Positions 1 to 9,678 of a DNA stretch of 32,134 nucleotides are shown one piece after another (position 1 is the first letter of the stretch; every line of letters begins with the position of its first letter). Made by a program: the position numbers and the translations under genes. Under the pieces are notes generated by a model, which searched no databases, was not told the DNA's origin, and saw only the letters and a list, made by a program, of their open reading frames with translations. The DNA is from a virus (lineage: Duplodnaviria; Caudoviricetes), in the IMG/VR virus record IMGVR_UViG_3300034060_000806, positions 1 through 32,134 of that record, one strand, 5' to 3'.

Positions 1-1
1 A

Positions 2-2272
2 CTCGCCACAGTGTTTGGACAGGTAAGTGCCGCCAACCGCATCATGGGCGACGACGTTCAATCGTTCCAAGAAGTTGGCGTCAATGCGTTAGCCATTCTC
101 GGCAACTCTTTCGGTGTCACTACTGCCGAAATGCGAGACATGATCTCAAAAGGGCTTATCCCGGCCAATCGGGCTTTGGACATTCTTTCAGACGGCATCC
201 TCAACGGAACCGACGGTGTCAACGGTGCGACTGTTGCATTTACTGGCACCATGGCTGGTCTTAGAAAGACATTGTCGGGTGCAGTCGGTGGCGTTGGGGC
301 TGCTGTTGCTCGACTTGGTGCAGCGTTCCTCACACCACTTAGCCCCGCCTTTATTAGTGCCGCTAATACAGCAACTTCCGCTTTGGACAAATTGGCTGAG
401 TATGCGAAGAAACTCGGCACGGTGCTGGCAAATAGCAAAGCAATGAAAATGTTTATTTCTTTTTTAGAAAAGATTCCCGACAAAATCGGACCTGTTCTTG
501 AAGGAATGAACTCTATGAAATCAACTCTTGCGCCTTTGATTGGCTTGATTGTTGCCATGGCCTCAACCAATGTTGCTGCTGCTTTTGGTCCGCTTGGTGC
601 CTTGATTCCAAAAATCAATCCTTTAGTCGGCATTCTGCTCGGTCTTGCCACCCAATCTGAACCGCTCCGTAAAGCATTCAAAGACTTGATGACCGCAATG
701 CAGCCGGTGATTCAATCCATGATCCAAGCGTTGATGCCAATTATGGATCAATTGGGGGTTTTGGTTTCAACGACTCTTGCCCCAGCATTAGTGCAATTGG
801 CTCCGCCGTTTGTTGAATTGCTGGCGGCTCTAATTCCCCTGCTTCCACCGCTTATTGATTTAGCGCAAGCAATTATCCCAATTTTGACAGACGCTTTGCT
901 AATTCTTGTAAATGAAGGCCTTGTGCCTGTAATTGAAAAACTTGTCCCTGTTTTGACGACATTTGCTAATTGGACTACAGGAATTCTTGAAAACAAAGAT
1001 GCGATTGAGATCCTGACACCGCTCGTTATCGGTCTTACGGGCGCTTTTGCTGGTTTCGAGACGGTTACCTTCGTCATTGAAACCATCACAGGAATCACTG
1101 GAGCGATTACCGGTCTGAACGCTGCGATTATCGCCAACCCCATCGGAGCCCTCATCGCAGTTGCGATTTACCTCGGAGTAGTCATTTTTCTGCTGTGGAC
1201 AAACTGGGACAAAGTTTGGGGTTGGATTATGGATCACAAGGCTTATGCCTTGATTATCGCGACTCTTCTCGGGCCAATAGCCGGAATCGTAGCAATCGTT
1301 GGAATTGTTAAATATCTGTGGACGAACTGGGACAAAATTTGGGGCTGGATCTCCGATAAAGCCATTTGGGCTTGGGAAACCGTCATCAAACCCACATGGG
1401 ATGCGATTGTTGGCTTTGTCACCGGAACTCTTGTTCCGATATTTATTTCCCTTTGGGGATATTTCCAAACGGTATGGAATGGCATTGCTGCTGTCGCCAC
1501 CTTTGCTTGGAACAGCATTTTGTTTCCGATTTTTAAGGGCATCCATACTTGGATCAAAAACAACTTGATCCCAGCGTCGATCACACTTTGGGAAACTTTT
1601 CAAATTGTTTGGGACGTCATCTGCAACGTAATAAGTTTCGCTTGGAACAACATCATTCAACCAATTTGGGACTCGATTCAGTGGTACATCGGAAACATTT
1701 TGGTACCAATGTTCAATCTCATTTCAACAGTTGTAAGCACAGTGTTTGGTGCTGTCGGAACTGTTATCAGTTGGGTTTGGAACAACGTCATCAGCCCGAC
1801 GTTTGATTGGATCAAGGGTGCGATTGGTACTTTGCTCGACGTATTCAACACGATTAAAGATGGAATCCAAACAGCGTTTAGTGCAGTTTTTGACGTCATT
1901 GTTACTCCGTTTAAATTGGCTTTCAATCTGATCGCCGACATATGGAATAACACGGTTGGAAAGTTGACCGTTAGCACTCCGGATATCCCGGGCACTGACT
2001 TCGGTGGCATTGATATCAAGATGCCAACAATTCCAAAATGGGAACATACCGGTGGTCTCGTTCAGGGCTCAATGATGTCGCAGAATGTTCCTGCAATGTT
2101 GCAAGCCGGTGAGTTGGTTGTTTCCCGAGCGCAATTGAAGGCTATTGAGCGGGGAACTGTCCCTGAGGTCGGTGGTAGTCAAGGTGTTGTCAATGTTTAT
2201 GTTTCGGAAACGAATGCGTCTCCTTATGACATTGGCAAAGAAATCTTGTGGAGTTTGAAGGTGGCTCGATGA
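2..2272 (+). CDS. Tape measure protein (5' truncated by window edge)
   Basis: Frame is open from the window start; long Ala/Leu/Ile-rich helical protein with regularly spaced Trp/Phe repeats; lies directly upstream of a Dit-like gene. Confidence 0.92.
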   Translation, partial: LATVFGQVSAANRIMGDDVQSFQEVGVNALAILGNSFGVTTAEMRDMISKGLIPANRALDILSDGILNGTDGVNGATVAFTGTMAGLRKTLSGAVGGVGAAVARLGAAFLTPLSPAFISAANTATSALDKLAEYAKKLGTVLANSKAMKMFISFLEKIPDKIGPVLEGMNSMKSTLAPLIGLIVAMASTNVAAAFGPLGALIPKINPLVGILLGLATQSEPLRKAFKDLMTAMQPVIQSMIQALMPIMDQLGVLVSTTLAPALVQLAPPFVELLAALIPLLPPLIDLAQAIIPILTDALLILVNEGLVPVIEKLVPVLTTFANWTTGILENKDAIEILTPLVIGLTGAFAGFETVTFVIETITGITGAITGLNAAIIANPIGALIAVAIYLGVVIFLLWTNWDKVWGWIMDHKAYALIIATLLGPIAGIVAIVGIVKYLWTNWDKIWGWISDKAIWAWETVIKPTWDAIVGFVTGTLVPIFISLWGYFQTVWNGIAAVATFAWNSILFPIFKGIHTWIKNNLIPASITLWETFQIVWDVICNVISFAWNNIIQPIWDSIQWYIGNILVPMFNLISTVVSTVFGAVGTVISWVWNNVISPTFDWIKGAIGTLLDVFNTIKDGIQTAFSAVFDVIVTPFKLAFNLIADIWNNTVGKLTVSTPDIPGTDFGGIDIKMPTIPKWEHTGGLVQGSMMSQNVPAMLQAGELVVSRAQLKAIERGTVPEVGGSQGVVNVYVSETNASPYDIGKEILWSLKVAR

Positions 2273-3111
2273 TTGATTGGCAGATGGATTACAACGGTTT
2301 GACGTTTGGGGCTTCGACGGTTTATGGCATTGAGTCGATCACGGGTTTGCATGATCTTCCCGAGGTTCGGACGTCGGATCGTGCCCGGGCTCGAACTCAC
2401 GGACAGTTTCAGGGCAGCGATTATTTGGGTGGCAGGGATATTGATGTTTCCGTGACGATTACTTCTAAGCATCCGTCGAATGCGATTTGGCAGGCTTTTT
2501 CTCAGGCTTTGGTTGCTGGTCAAGTTGACGAGTTGCCTTTGACGATTCAAGTTCCGGGTGTCGGTTTGGGTGGGGAAATTCAAGTTGGGGCGAGGGTCAG
2601 GAAACTGTCTTTGCCGATAAGCATGGATTATTACAAGGGTGTCGGTCGGGCGGAAGTGCAGTTTCATTGCACGGATCCTCGGATGTATTCGTCGACGTTG
2701 CAGAGCGTGAGTTTCAGTCAGGCGACCACTTCGGGCGGTTTGTCTTTTAATGCGACTTTCAACCTGTCGTTTGGTGGTGCTGCAACGGGTGGCACAGCAA
2801 TTTGCAATAACGCTGGCGAGTTCCCTTCTCCGTGGGAAGCAACCATCACTGGCCCTATTGTTGACCCTCGCATCGAAAACGTGAACACGGGTCAAATCAT
2901 TTATTTCACCGGCACTCTTGCTGCCGGAGAAACCCTTGTTGTCGGGACTCAGGACCGTACGGTTCTACTCAACGGCACGGCTTCCCGGTATTCGTGGATC
3001 CAACAGGGCACACAATGGTTTGACCTCGCCCCCGGAGATAACACTATGCGATTGGCTGGGGCCTCCGGCACTGGCACAATGGCCGTAAACTTTCGTTCTG
3101 CTTGGATCTAG
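2269..3111 (+). CDS. Distal tail protein (Dit-like)
   Basis: ATGA overlap with the TMP stop; motifs GRDIDV, FHCTDPRMYS, WFDLAPGDN and terminal FRSAWI are typical of siphovirus Dit. Confidence 0.85.
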   Translation: MIDWQMDYNGLTFGASTVYGIESITGLHDLPEVRTSDRARARTHGQFQGSDYLGGRDIDVSVTITSKHPSNAIWQAFSQALVAGQVDELPLTIQVPGVGLGGEIQVGARVRKLSLPISMDYYKGVGRAEVQFHCTDPRMYSSTLQSVSFSQATTSGGLSFNATFNLSFGGAATGGTAICNNAGEFPSPWEATITGPIVDPRIENVNTGQIIYFTGTLAAGETLVVGTQDRTVLLNGTASRYSWIQQGTQWFDLAPGDNTMRLAGASGTGTMAVNFRSAWI

Positions 3112-3120
3112 GAGATTCTG

Positions 3121-4215
3121 ATGACTATTCGTGCTACACCTACATTCGTTCAGGCTGGTTCTCATCCGGCCGAGGAAACCCGCCTCATGCTCGGCGGAAT
3201 GCTCGGTATGCCTCCGACCTCGTTTGCCGGTGGCGCTGCTGCCTCTAACCCTGCTCACGGGATCGTTACCGCCACTGATCTTGCTGTCACTCAAAACGGC
3301 ACGCCAAATATGACTGTGAACGTGGCCGCTGGCGGATGTTTCATCCGTGGCACCGCCTCGTTGAATCAGGGCGCTTACCATCTTTGGAACGATGCGACTG
3401 TCAACCTTGCTATTTCGCCTGCTGATGCAACAAACCCTCGCCGAGACTTAGTTATCGCTGTTGTTAGAGATGCCGCTTATTCAGGTGCTTCAAATGACGC
3501 TCGTCTAATTGTTGTTACGGGCACACCAGCGGCTAGTCCTGTGGATCCATCATTAGCGTCCCACCCTAATGCGTTGGTTTTGGCTCGTATCACCGTTGCT
3601 GCTGGCGACACGGCAATCAACACCGCCGACATTACGGACCTTCGACCGATCGCTGACCAGCGCGGCAAGATTCCGACGTTCAACACCTCGGCGCTCGCTA
3701 CTACTGCGATTCCTTCTCCGGTTGACGGTCAGGCGTACTACCTGAATCTGAACACGGACCAAGAGGGCCCGTATTTTTTCAACGGCACCAACTACCGTCG
3801 CCCGTGGAACCTGCCGTGGGGTGCCGTGAGTTCGCAAGTAAGCGTTGCGGGCGCGGGCTTTGTTTCAACTGTAGAAACCGTAATTTATTCGGGACCGTCA
3901 ACAACGTTTGTTGCTAACCGTCGCTACCGTTGGACTTTTCAAGTAACGCACGTTGGGCAAGTGGCGGGCGACTTGTTTGACATAAAGTTGCGAGCAAACA
4001 ACGCGTCCGGCACTTTGTACGACACTCAGCGTTTCGCAATTGTCGGGCCGATTTTTCAAGGCATTTCAACAATCTCAACTATTATTTCGCCCGGTTCAGT
4101 TACATTCACGCCGGTCGTTTGTTTTGTGAGAACCGTCGGTAGCGGCGGTTGCGGAACCGCAATGAGCAACTTTCACTGTATCGAGGACATCGGACCTTCG
4201 GGCGCTCCGACGTAA
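3121..4215 (+). CDS. Minor tail / receptor-binding protein
   Basis: AGGAG RBS; N-terminal half (PNMTVNVAAG, ADATNPRRDLV, LARITVAAG, ITDLR) resembles actinophage minor tail proteins; beta-rich C-terminus ends IEDIG. Confidence 0.75.
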   Translation: MTIRATPTFVQAGSHPAEETRLMLGGMLGMPPTSFAGGAAASNPAHGIVTATDLAVTQNGTPNMTVNVAAGGCFIRGTASLNQGAYHLWNDATVNLAISPADATNPRRDLVIAVVRDAAYSGASNDARLIVVTGTPAASPVDPSLASHPNALVLARITVAAGDTAINTADITDLRPIADQRGKIPTFNTSALATTAIPSPVDGQAYYLNLNTDQEGPYFFNGTNYRRPWNLPWGAVSSQVSVAGAGFVSTVETVIYSGPSTTFVANRRYRWTFQVTHVGQVAGDLFDIKLRANNASGTLYDTQRFAIVGPIFQGISTISTIISPGSVTFTPVVCFVRTVGSGGCGTAMSNFHCIEDIGPSGAPT

Positions 4216-4217
4216 TC

Positions 4218-5357
4218 GTGACCGAATATCGCTGCATCAGCATGGATTTGTTGACAGGAACTCGGATTGCCGAACTTCCGTTAACGGGTTTGTCCTACTC
4301 AAAAACGCTATCGGGGGCTGGTGAAGCCTCAGGTACGTTGTATTTGCCTCCACCAAACTCGGTCGCTAATCGAGCGTTAGCCGCTGACTGGAATAATGCG
4401 GTTGATGAATGTCGACGCCAGTTGGTTATTGAACGTGACGGTGTCGTCGTTTGGTCAGGGATCGTGTGGGCCTCTCCGTACAACGATGCAGATCAAACTC
4501 GTTCAATTAAATGCGGTGAGGATTGGTCATATTTTCGCAAACTGACGATGCCTTACAACTACACGTTTTCGTCGACGCCACAGATGGACATTGTTGATTC
4601 CATCATGTACCTCGCCCAGTTTTGGTCGCCAGCGAACGTGGGTGTCTCCGTTGTCAAAAACCTTGCTTCGGGTTACACGGACATCAATCGGGATCGTACT
4701 TACAGTCGAAACGAATTAAAGACTGTTGCTGATGCGATTGAACAGTTGGCTGGAGTTTCAAACGGTTTTGAATTTGCAATCGATTCGTCGTGGAGTTCAA
4801 CTGGCACATTGCAGAAAGTGTTGAATCTGCACTATCCGAGACGTGGCCGTTCTTACAACGAAACAGGTCATGTTTTTGAGTTGGGTCGAAATATCGTTTC
4901 TTTCACTTGGCCTTCTGATGGCACAAGAACTCACAACCGTGTTTGGGTTCAGGGACAAGGCGAAGGCGATTCTCAGTTAATTGGCCTTGCTGTCGATTCT
5001 TCACAAATTCAACCTTTGTCGTCGGGTGGTCCCGGCTATCCGTTGCTTGAAGAGGTGTATTCGGCCGGGGACATTTCAGTCCAAGAAACGGTTGATTTGA
5101 TTGCTTGGGCTCGGGTTCAGTACACGTCGACGCCTGTTACTTTGCCCGAGTTGACTGTCAGGGCTGATTTGGATCCGGGTTTGGGTGCTTACATTTGTGG
5201 GGATGCGTGCCGAGTCATCATAAATCCGAACACGAGCCCAAGGTTTCCTGATGGCCTTGATACCTATTATCGAATTGTTGGTTACAGTGTTTCCGTTGAC
5301 GACATGGGTCAGGAAGACGTCAAGTTGGTTTTAGGACCGGAGTTTATTTATGCCTGA
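4218..5357 (+). CDS. Minor tail / baseplate hub protein (ReqiPepy6 Gp37-like)
   Basis: GTG start just after the upstream stop; AELPL, VVWSGIVW, YPLLE and GDACRV motifs; position in the tail module. Confidence 0.75.
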   Translation: MTEYRCISMDLLTGTRIAELPLTGLSYSKTLSGAGEASGTLYLPPPNSVANRALAADWNNAVDECRRQLVIERDGVVVWSGIVWASPYNDADQTRSIKCGEDWSYFRKLTMPYNYTFSSTPQMDIVDSIMYLAQFWSPANVGVSVVKNLASGYTDINRDRTYSRNELKTVADAIEQLAGVSNGFEFAIDSSWSSTGTLQKVLNLHYPRRGRSYNETGHVFELGRNIVSFTWPSDGTRTHNRVWVQGQGEGDSQLIGLAVDSSQIQPLSSGGPGYPLLEEVYSAGDISVQETVDLIAWARVQYTSTPVTLPELTVRADLDPGLGAYICGDACRVIINPNTSPRFPDGLDTYYRIVGYSVSVDDMGQEDVKLVLGPEFIYA

Positions 5358-5967
5358 TGTGCCTAAGCCCGAAGACCTCGGAACGTATGTCGCCGATCTT
5401 GAACGGCGAATCAAAATCCTTGAATCGGCCCCCAAATTGCAAGATTCGTCAGTGACTAACGGCACTTTGACTGTCAAAGATGCGTCTAACGTCGTCAAAA
5501 CTCAGTTTGGACTTTTGTCTGACGGAACATACGGCCTCGCTGTTCGTACACCCCTCCCCGGAGATGCGCTGGTCAACGTGAATAACACGTTGTTCCCGGT
5601 AATCGGTAGTTACGCTCCGACTCAAAACGTGACGACTACGTCGTATGCTTTGTTGCCGTCAGGTCCGAGTGTCACCGCAACTATTGGAGCATCGGGTCGT
5701 GCCCTTGTGACCGCAAGTTCGGACATCGGGTTACTGAACTCCAACTCAACTGCTTCAATCGGTTTTCGTGTTGATGGCGTTGACCGTGGGTCGGGTTTTG
5801 TCAGCGTCACCGATCCAGCATCACTTATCCGCATCGCATCGTCAGTCGGCAGACCGGTATTGGTTACCGGACTCCCTGCCGGTGCTAACACGTTTGCTTG
5901 CATTGCGCGTATGTCATCGGGTACAGGGCAATATTCGAACACAACGCTTATCGTGCAGCCGTTCTAA
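5350..5967 (+). CDS. Minor tail protein
   Basis: Overlaps the previous stop; N-terminal coiled coil (DLERRIKILE) followed by a beta-rich domain. Confidence 0.65.
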   Translation: MPDVPKPEDLGTYVADLERRIKILESAPKLQDSSVTNGTLTVKDASNVVKTQFGLLSDGTYGLAVRTPLPGDALVNVNNTLFPVIGSYAPTQNVTTTSYALLPSGPSVTATIGASGRALVTASSDIGLLNSNSTASIGFRVDGVDRGSGFVSVTDPASLIRIASSVGRPVLVTGLPAGANTFACIARMSSGTGQYSNTTLIVQPF

Positions 5968-6018
5968 TGCGATTTAGGTTTGATGACTTTGGGTTAAATC
6001 GCTAATAGCCTGCAACCA

Positions 6019-6396
6019 ATGTTTGCCATAAACCTGCTCCCCGACAACATTGAAAAAATGTACATCCCCGAACTCGTTGCTTTGGCGGCAGGAATCGGCG
6101 CTGTAATGGCAATTCTCAACTTTTTGGTCAAACCCCTTTACCGGGGTATCCGTAGACTCATCAATGCGATTGACGTAGTTTCGGAACGGATCTCCGAAGT
6201 CCCCGTTCATGAGGATCGCATCGACAGCATCGAGGCACAGATAAAAGCCATTCATGATGCACTGGAGCCCACGAACGGTGACCGGAGATCCATCTCAGAT
6301 CGTCTTGACACTGTTAAGTCTCAGACCATTGCAAACACAAACAAGATCGACGACCTGAGCGCAAAGGTCGAAAAACTTTGGAAGGAATCAGCATGA
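6019..6396 (+). CDS. Membrane protein with coiled coil (lysis-cassette type)
   Basis: One transmembrane segment followed by a coiled coil; precedes the holin-like gene; start may be 6058. Confidence 0.55.
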   Translation: MFAINLLPDNIEKMYIPELVALAAGIGAVMAILNFLVKPLYRGIRRLINAIDVVSERISEVPVHEDRIDSIEAQIKAIHDALEPTNGDRRSISDRLDTVKSQTIANTNKIDDLSAKVEKLWKESA

Positions 6397-6677
6397 CTGA
6401 TTATGGCCGTTCACTCATCCGCACCATTGTCCCCCTGCTTGTCGGTTCGCTAGTTGCTTGGCTCGCTACCCGTGGCGTTTCTGTAGATCAGGCTCTCATC
6501 TTGCCTGCCGCCGATGCGCTTTTCACTGGCGTTTACTATGGCATTGTTCGTTGGCTTGAAACGAAGTCTCCGAAGGCTGGTTGGCTGCTCGGCATTCCCG
6601 GCGCTCCCTCTTATGCGATTAGTTCTCCCGCAGGAATTGTTCCGGTTTCAGGTTCGGACGCTCCAACACCAAAATAA
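6393..6677 (+). CDS. Putative holin
   Basis: 94 aa with two hydrophobic segments; IRTIVP, YYGIVRWLE and GWLLG pattern resembles actinophage holins; ATGA overlap. Confidence 0.65.
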   Translation: MTDYGRSLIRTIVPLLVGSLVAWLATRGVSVDQALILPAADALFTGVYYGIVRWLETKSPKAGWLLGIPGAPSYAISSPAGIVPVSGSDAPTPK

Positions 6678-6679
6678 AT

Positions 6680-6720
6680 ACACAACCATGGTTGTGTCTG
6701 TCTGTTGACTCTGCTACCTT
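6680..6720 (+). promoter_or_regulatory. SigA-like promoter overlapped by an 18-bp perfect palindrome
   Basis: ACACAACCATGGTTGTGT at 6680-6697; TTGTGT-17 bp-TACCTT with TG extension. Confidence 0.6.
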
Positions 6721-6749
6721 TGCTGGCAACTACCACAAAGGAGTGAGAG

Positions 6750-7340
6750 ATGGCGTTTGATCTTTCCGATTACATCACGGTGCCCCAACGGGTCGCCATG
6801 TTTTATGAGCAGAACCCTGACGGACGGATCGTTTCGTCCGAACCAGTGATTGTCACCATTGACAACCGCACGTTCATTCAGGTCACAACCAAGGTCTACC
6901 GATCTCCCGACGATGCGGTTCCATGTCAGGCAACGGCCTATGAGCCATTTCCCGGCAAAACTCCGTACACCCGGGACTCGGAAATGATGAACGCTGAGAC
7001 CAGTGCCATTGGTCGTGCCATTGCTGCTGCCGGTATCGCAGTCAACCGGTCCCTTGCATCGGCAAATGAGGTTCGAGCCCGAGTCGAAGACCGTGGCGAA
7101 CCCAAGCCAAAAACAAAATCGGCTGACAGTTTCGTCAATGGCCTTGTCGAACGGATGACAGCATTGCCCGAAGCCAACCGACGTAAGTGCAAAGACTTAT
7201 TTGTCAAGAAGTTTGGTAAGCCCGTGGATCTTTCGAGTGACGACTACGACGCCGCCGATGCGTTTGTTACTTACTGGGAAACCATCGCTGCCCAACTTCC
7301 CGGCGCTCAAATCGTGGAAGATCCGGAGCAGTCCGAGTAG
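6750..7340 (+). CDS. Putative ssDNA-annealing protein (Rad52/Sak-like)
   Basis: AAGGAG RBS; YITVPQRV..F..P.GRI and NAETSAIGRA motifs; first gene of the replication module. Confidence 0.6.
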   Translation: MAFDLSDYITVPQRVAMFYEQNPDGRIVSSEPVIVTIDNRTFIQVTTKVYRSPDDAVPCQATAYEPFPGKTPYTRDSEMMNAETSAIGRAIAAAGIAVNRSLASANEVRARVEDRGEPKPKTKSADSFVNGLVERMTALPEANRRKCKDLFVKKFGKPVDLSSDDYDAADAFVTYWETIAAQLPGAQIVEDPEQSE

Positions 7341-7350
7341 GTTCGAAAAC

Positions 7351-7389
7351 GAGAAGAGCCCGGGACCGAGAACCCGGGCTCAACTTCTC
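7351..7389 (+). terminator. Intergenic stem-loop
   Basis: GAGCCCGGG (7356-64) / CCCGGGCTC (7373-81), extended by GAGAA/TTCTC; no U-tract. Confidence 0.4.
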
Positions 7390-7413
7390 CAACTACCACG
7401 AAGGAGATATGCG

Positions 7414-8232
7414 ATGAGCATACCTGAATCGAACCCCCGTTCGATAGATGCAGACAACTACTTTGCCATAATTCCCGAATGGGTTCTTGACGCTGACGTT
7501 TCCGCTCAGGCCGTTCGGCTCTACGGAATCCTTCGCCGATACGCCGACGCCGACAACCGGGCATGGCCCTCCCGCCACACGCTTGCCAATCGGATGCGAG
7601 TGTCAACGAAGACCGTCGATCGAAGCCTGAAAGAACTCCTTGGGCTCGGAGCATTGGCTATCAAACACCGCCGAGACGCTGCCGGAGATCCCACCACAAA
7701 CCTGTATCGACTCTTCACTGTAAATCCCGGGGTAGGGACACAGAAGTCGCCACCTAGAGACGCTGATGTCGCTAGGGGTAGGGACACCAGTGTCGCCACC
7801 GGTAGGGACACAGATGTCCCACATAACCAAAGCCATTTGGAAACAGAGCCAATTGAAACAAAAACAACTCAGACGTCGACTTCGTCTCCGTCAATCGTGG
7901 TTCAGGATCCCCATGAGCAGACTTGTGTCATGTTGGCAAACCAACTGGCCGACCGAATTGCTGACAACGGCTCGAAACGTCCAACCGTCACTCGGAAGTG
8001 GATTGATGCGATTGATCGAATGATCCGCATTGACGGTCGGGAGCCCGACAAGATTGCACGGGCTATCGATTGGTGTCAGAACGACACCTTTTGGGCAGCG
8101 AACATTCTCAGCCCCGACACTCTTCGCCGTCAGTATGACCGGATGCGATTGCAAGCCAAGCGGGCCAACGCCCCCGGAGCCACCAAAGGCATGGCTGCCG
8201 TCGCCGCCTATCTCGAAATGGTGGATGACTGA
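7414..8232 (+). CDS. Replication initiator (N-terminal winged HTH)
   Basis: AAGGAG RBS; FAIIPEWVL..LYGILRRYAD..AWPSRHTLA..STKTVDRSLKEL; C-terminal FWAANILSP.TLRRQYD; internal iterons. Confidence 0.8.
   Translation: MSIPESNPRSIDADNYFAIIPEWVLDADVSAQAVRLYGILRRYADADNRAWPSRHTLANRMRVSTKTVDRSLKELLGLGALAIKHRRDAAGDPTTNLYRLFTVNPGVGTQKSPPRDADVARGRDTSVATGRDTDVPHNQSHLETEPIETKTTQTSTSSPSIVVQDPHEQTCVMLANQLADRIADNGSKRPTVTRKWIDAIDRMIRIDGREPDKIARAIDWCQNDTFWAANILSPDTLRRQYDRMRLQAKRANAPGATKGMAAVAAYLEMVDD
7731..7820 (+). repeat. Four ~22-24 bp iterons (putative replication origin)
   Basis: GGTAGGGACACAGAAGTCGCCACC / TAGAGACGCTGATGTCGCTAGG / GGTAGGGACACCAGTGTCGCCACC / GGTAGGGACACAGATGTCCC, followed by an A-rich tract at about 7851-7870. 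Confidence 0.75.
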
Positions 8233-8723
8233 TGGAAGCAAAACAGGCCGCTTCACTCGTCGCCCTCATTGCTGCTGCTCACCCTCAGTGGCCTGCCACT
8301 CCGGAAACCATCGCGGTTTACCGGCAAATGCTTTCGGACGTGACTTATGAACAAGCCCTATCCGCAGTCCAAGACCTCATCGCAACAGAAGACCGTTGGC
8401 CGTCAGTTGCCTCCATACGCCGCCGTATCGCCCTCCAAGCGGGATTCCTACCTCCTTCCCCGTCAAACGCTTGGCAAGAGGTCTCCGATGCGATCAGCAA
8501 TGGAGGTCGGTCGACCCTCCCTGAGTTCTCGCACCCTGCGGTCAAAGCGGCGGTTACTGCTATCGGCTGGTGGGAACTTTGCAGCACGACGAATCCGTCA
8601 GCGACCCGAGCCCATTTCTTCCGATTCTACGAAGACGCTTCTGAAGAAGAGACTCGAAGGGCTTTGGGAATGGGAAGTCGGCATCTTGCTCTCGGAGGAC
8701 GAACCGAAATAGGTGCAGCATGA
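8232..8723 (+). CDS. Helicase loader/inhibitor (G39P-like N-terminal domain)
   Basis: Follows the initiator; LIAAAHP, MLSDVTYEQA..AV, WPSVASIR pattern. Confidence 0.6.
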   Translation: MEAKQAASLVALIAAAHPQWPATPETIAVYRQMLSDVTYEQALSAVQDLIATEDRWPSVASIRRRIALQAGFLPPSPSNAWQEVSDAISNGGRSTLPEFSHPAVKAAVTAIGWWELCSTTNPSATRAHFFRFYEDASEEETRRALGMGSRHLALGGRTEIGAA

Positions 8724-9163
8724 CGAAGATGACCGGATGCGATTGGTGTTTCGTCGGACCTGAAGACGAATGTTCCCCTGAATGCCCGTCAAATCAGCGC
8801 CCATGGAATTCCACGCTCAAACGGGGTAAACCGTTGCAGGCCAAAAACCCATGGAGACCTGTCCGGAAACCTCTTGCTCATCGATCAAAGAAGATGACCA
8901 AGATTTACAAAACCCGTCGAATCCTCGTCCAAGACCTATTAGATCAACGGCCCCTTTGTGAAGTGCGCTGGGACAAGCAATGCCAGCACGTTTCCGTTGA
9001 CGTACACGAAATCCTCCCCCGCTCTCAGGGCGGAAACATCATCGGAGGTGATGCGAACGAATATCTGACCACTTGCCGGTGGTGCCACGAACAAATCGAT
9101 AGGTACCCACAAGAAGCACACGACCGCGGATTCCGTATGTGGTCGTGGGAAAGAAAATCATGA
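8720..9163 (+). CDS. HNH-like endonuclease
   Basis: [18 protein letters not shown] and TCRWCH motifs. Confidence 0.7.
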   Translation: MTKMTGCDWCFVGPEDECSPECPSNQRPWNSTLKRGKPLQAKNPWRPVRKPLAHRSKKMTKIYKTRRILVQDLLDQRPLCEVRWDKQCQHVSVDVHEILPRSQGGNIIGGDANEYLTTCRWCHEQIDRYPQEAHDRGFRMWSWERKS

Positions 9164-9678
9164 CTAGAGATCGAATTCTTGCAGCAACACTCACCGCCTT
9201 GTTCCTAGTAGCCGCCTTTTTCTTTTTTGATGCGATTGCTCTATCAGCAAGTGCTGGTGGAGACTCGGTTCCTGTTGAAACAACCACAACGACGTTGCAA
9301 GTCGTTGAAACAACTACCACGACGATTGACCTTTCGTTCCTGAACACAACGACTACAACGCAAACCCCGAAGCCTGTTCCGCAATACCGGAACACTGAAC
9401 CGGTGACAGTTGAAACCACTACAGACAGGTGGGATCAGTTGGCTGGATGCGAATCGGGCGGCAATTGGGCCACCAACACTGGCAACGGTTTCGGTGGCGG
9501 GCTTCAGTTCATGCACCAACGCTCGTACTCAACGTGGCTGTCTTACGGGGGTGGAGAGTTCGCACCACACCCTTGGGAAGCAAGCCGAGAGCAACAGATC
9601 GTTATTGCTGAGCGAGTCCTCGCCGGATCGGGCTGGAAGGCTTGGCCGGGGTGTAGCAGAAGGTTTGGTTGGTTGTGA
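9160..9678 (+). CDS. Resuscitation-promoting factor (Rpf)-type lytic transglycosylase, secreted or membrane-anchored
   Basis: Hydrophobic N-terminus, Thr-rich linker, then [45 protein letters not shown]. Confidence 0.92.
   Translation: MTRDRILAATLTALFLVAAFFFFDAIALSASAGGDSVPVETTTTTLQVVETTTTTIDLSFLNTTTTTQTPKPVPQYRNTEPVTVETTTDRWDQLAGCESGGNWATNTGNGFGGGLQFMHQRSYSTWLSYGGGEFAPHPWEASREQQIVIAERVLAGSGWKAWPGCSRRFGWL

Noticed and set aside
3121-4215. DGR target in the tail protein C-terminus
   Set aside because: No template repeat or reverse transcriptase seen in the window
7201-7413. N-terminal extension of the initiator in the ORF track
   Set aside because: Overlaps the SSAP gene and a hairpin; the AAGGAG RBS supports ATG 7414
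9275-9423. GTTGAAAC(A/C)AC repeats in the Rpf gene
   Set aside because: Explained by the VETTT low-complexity linker
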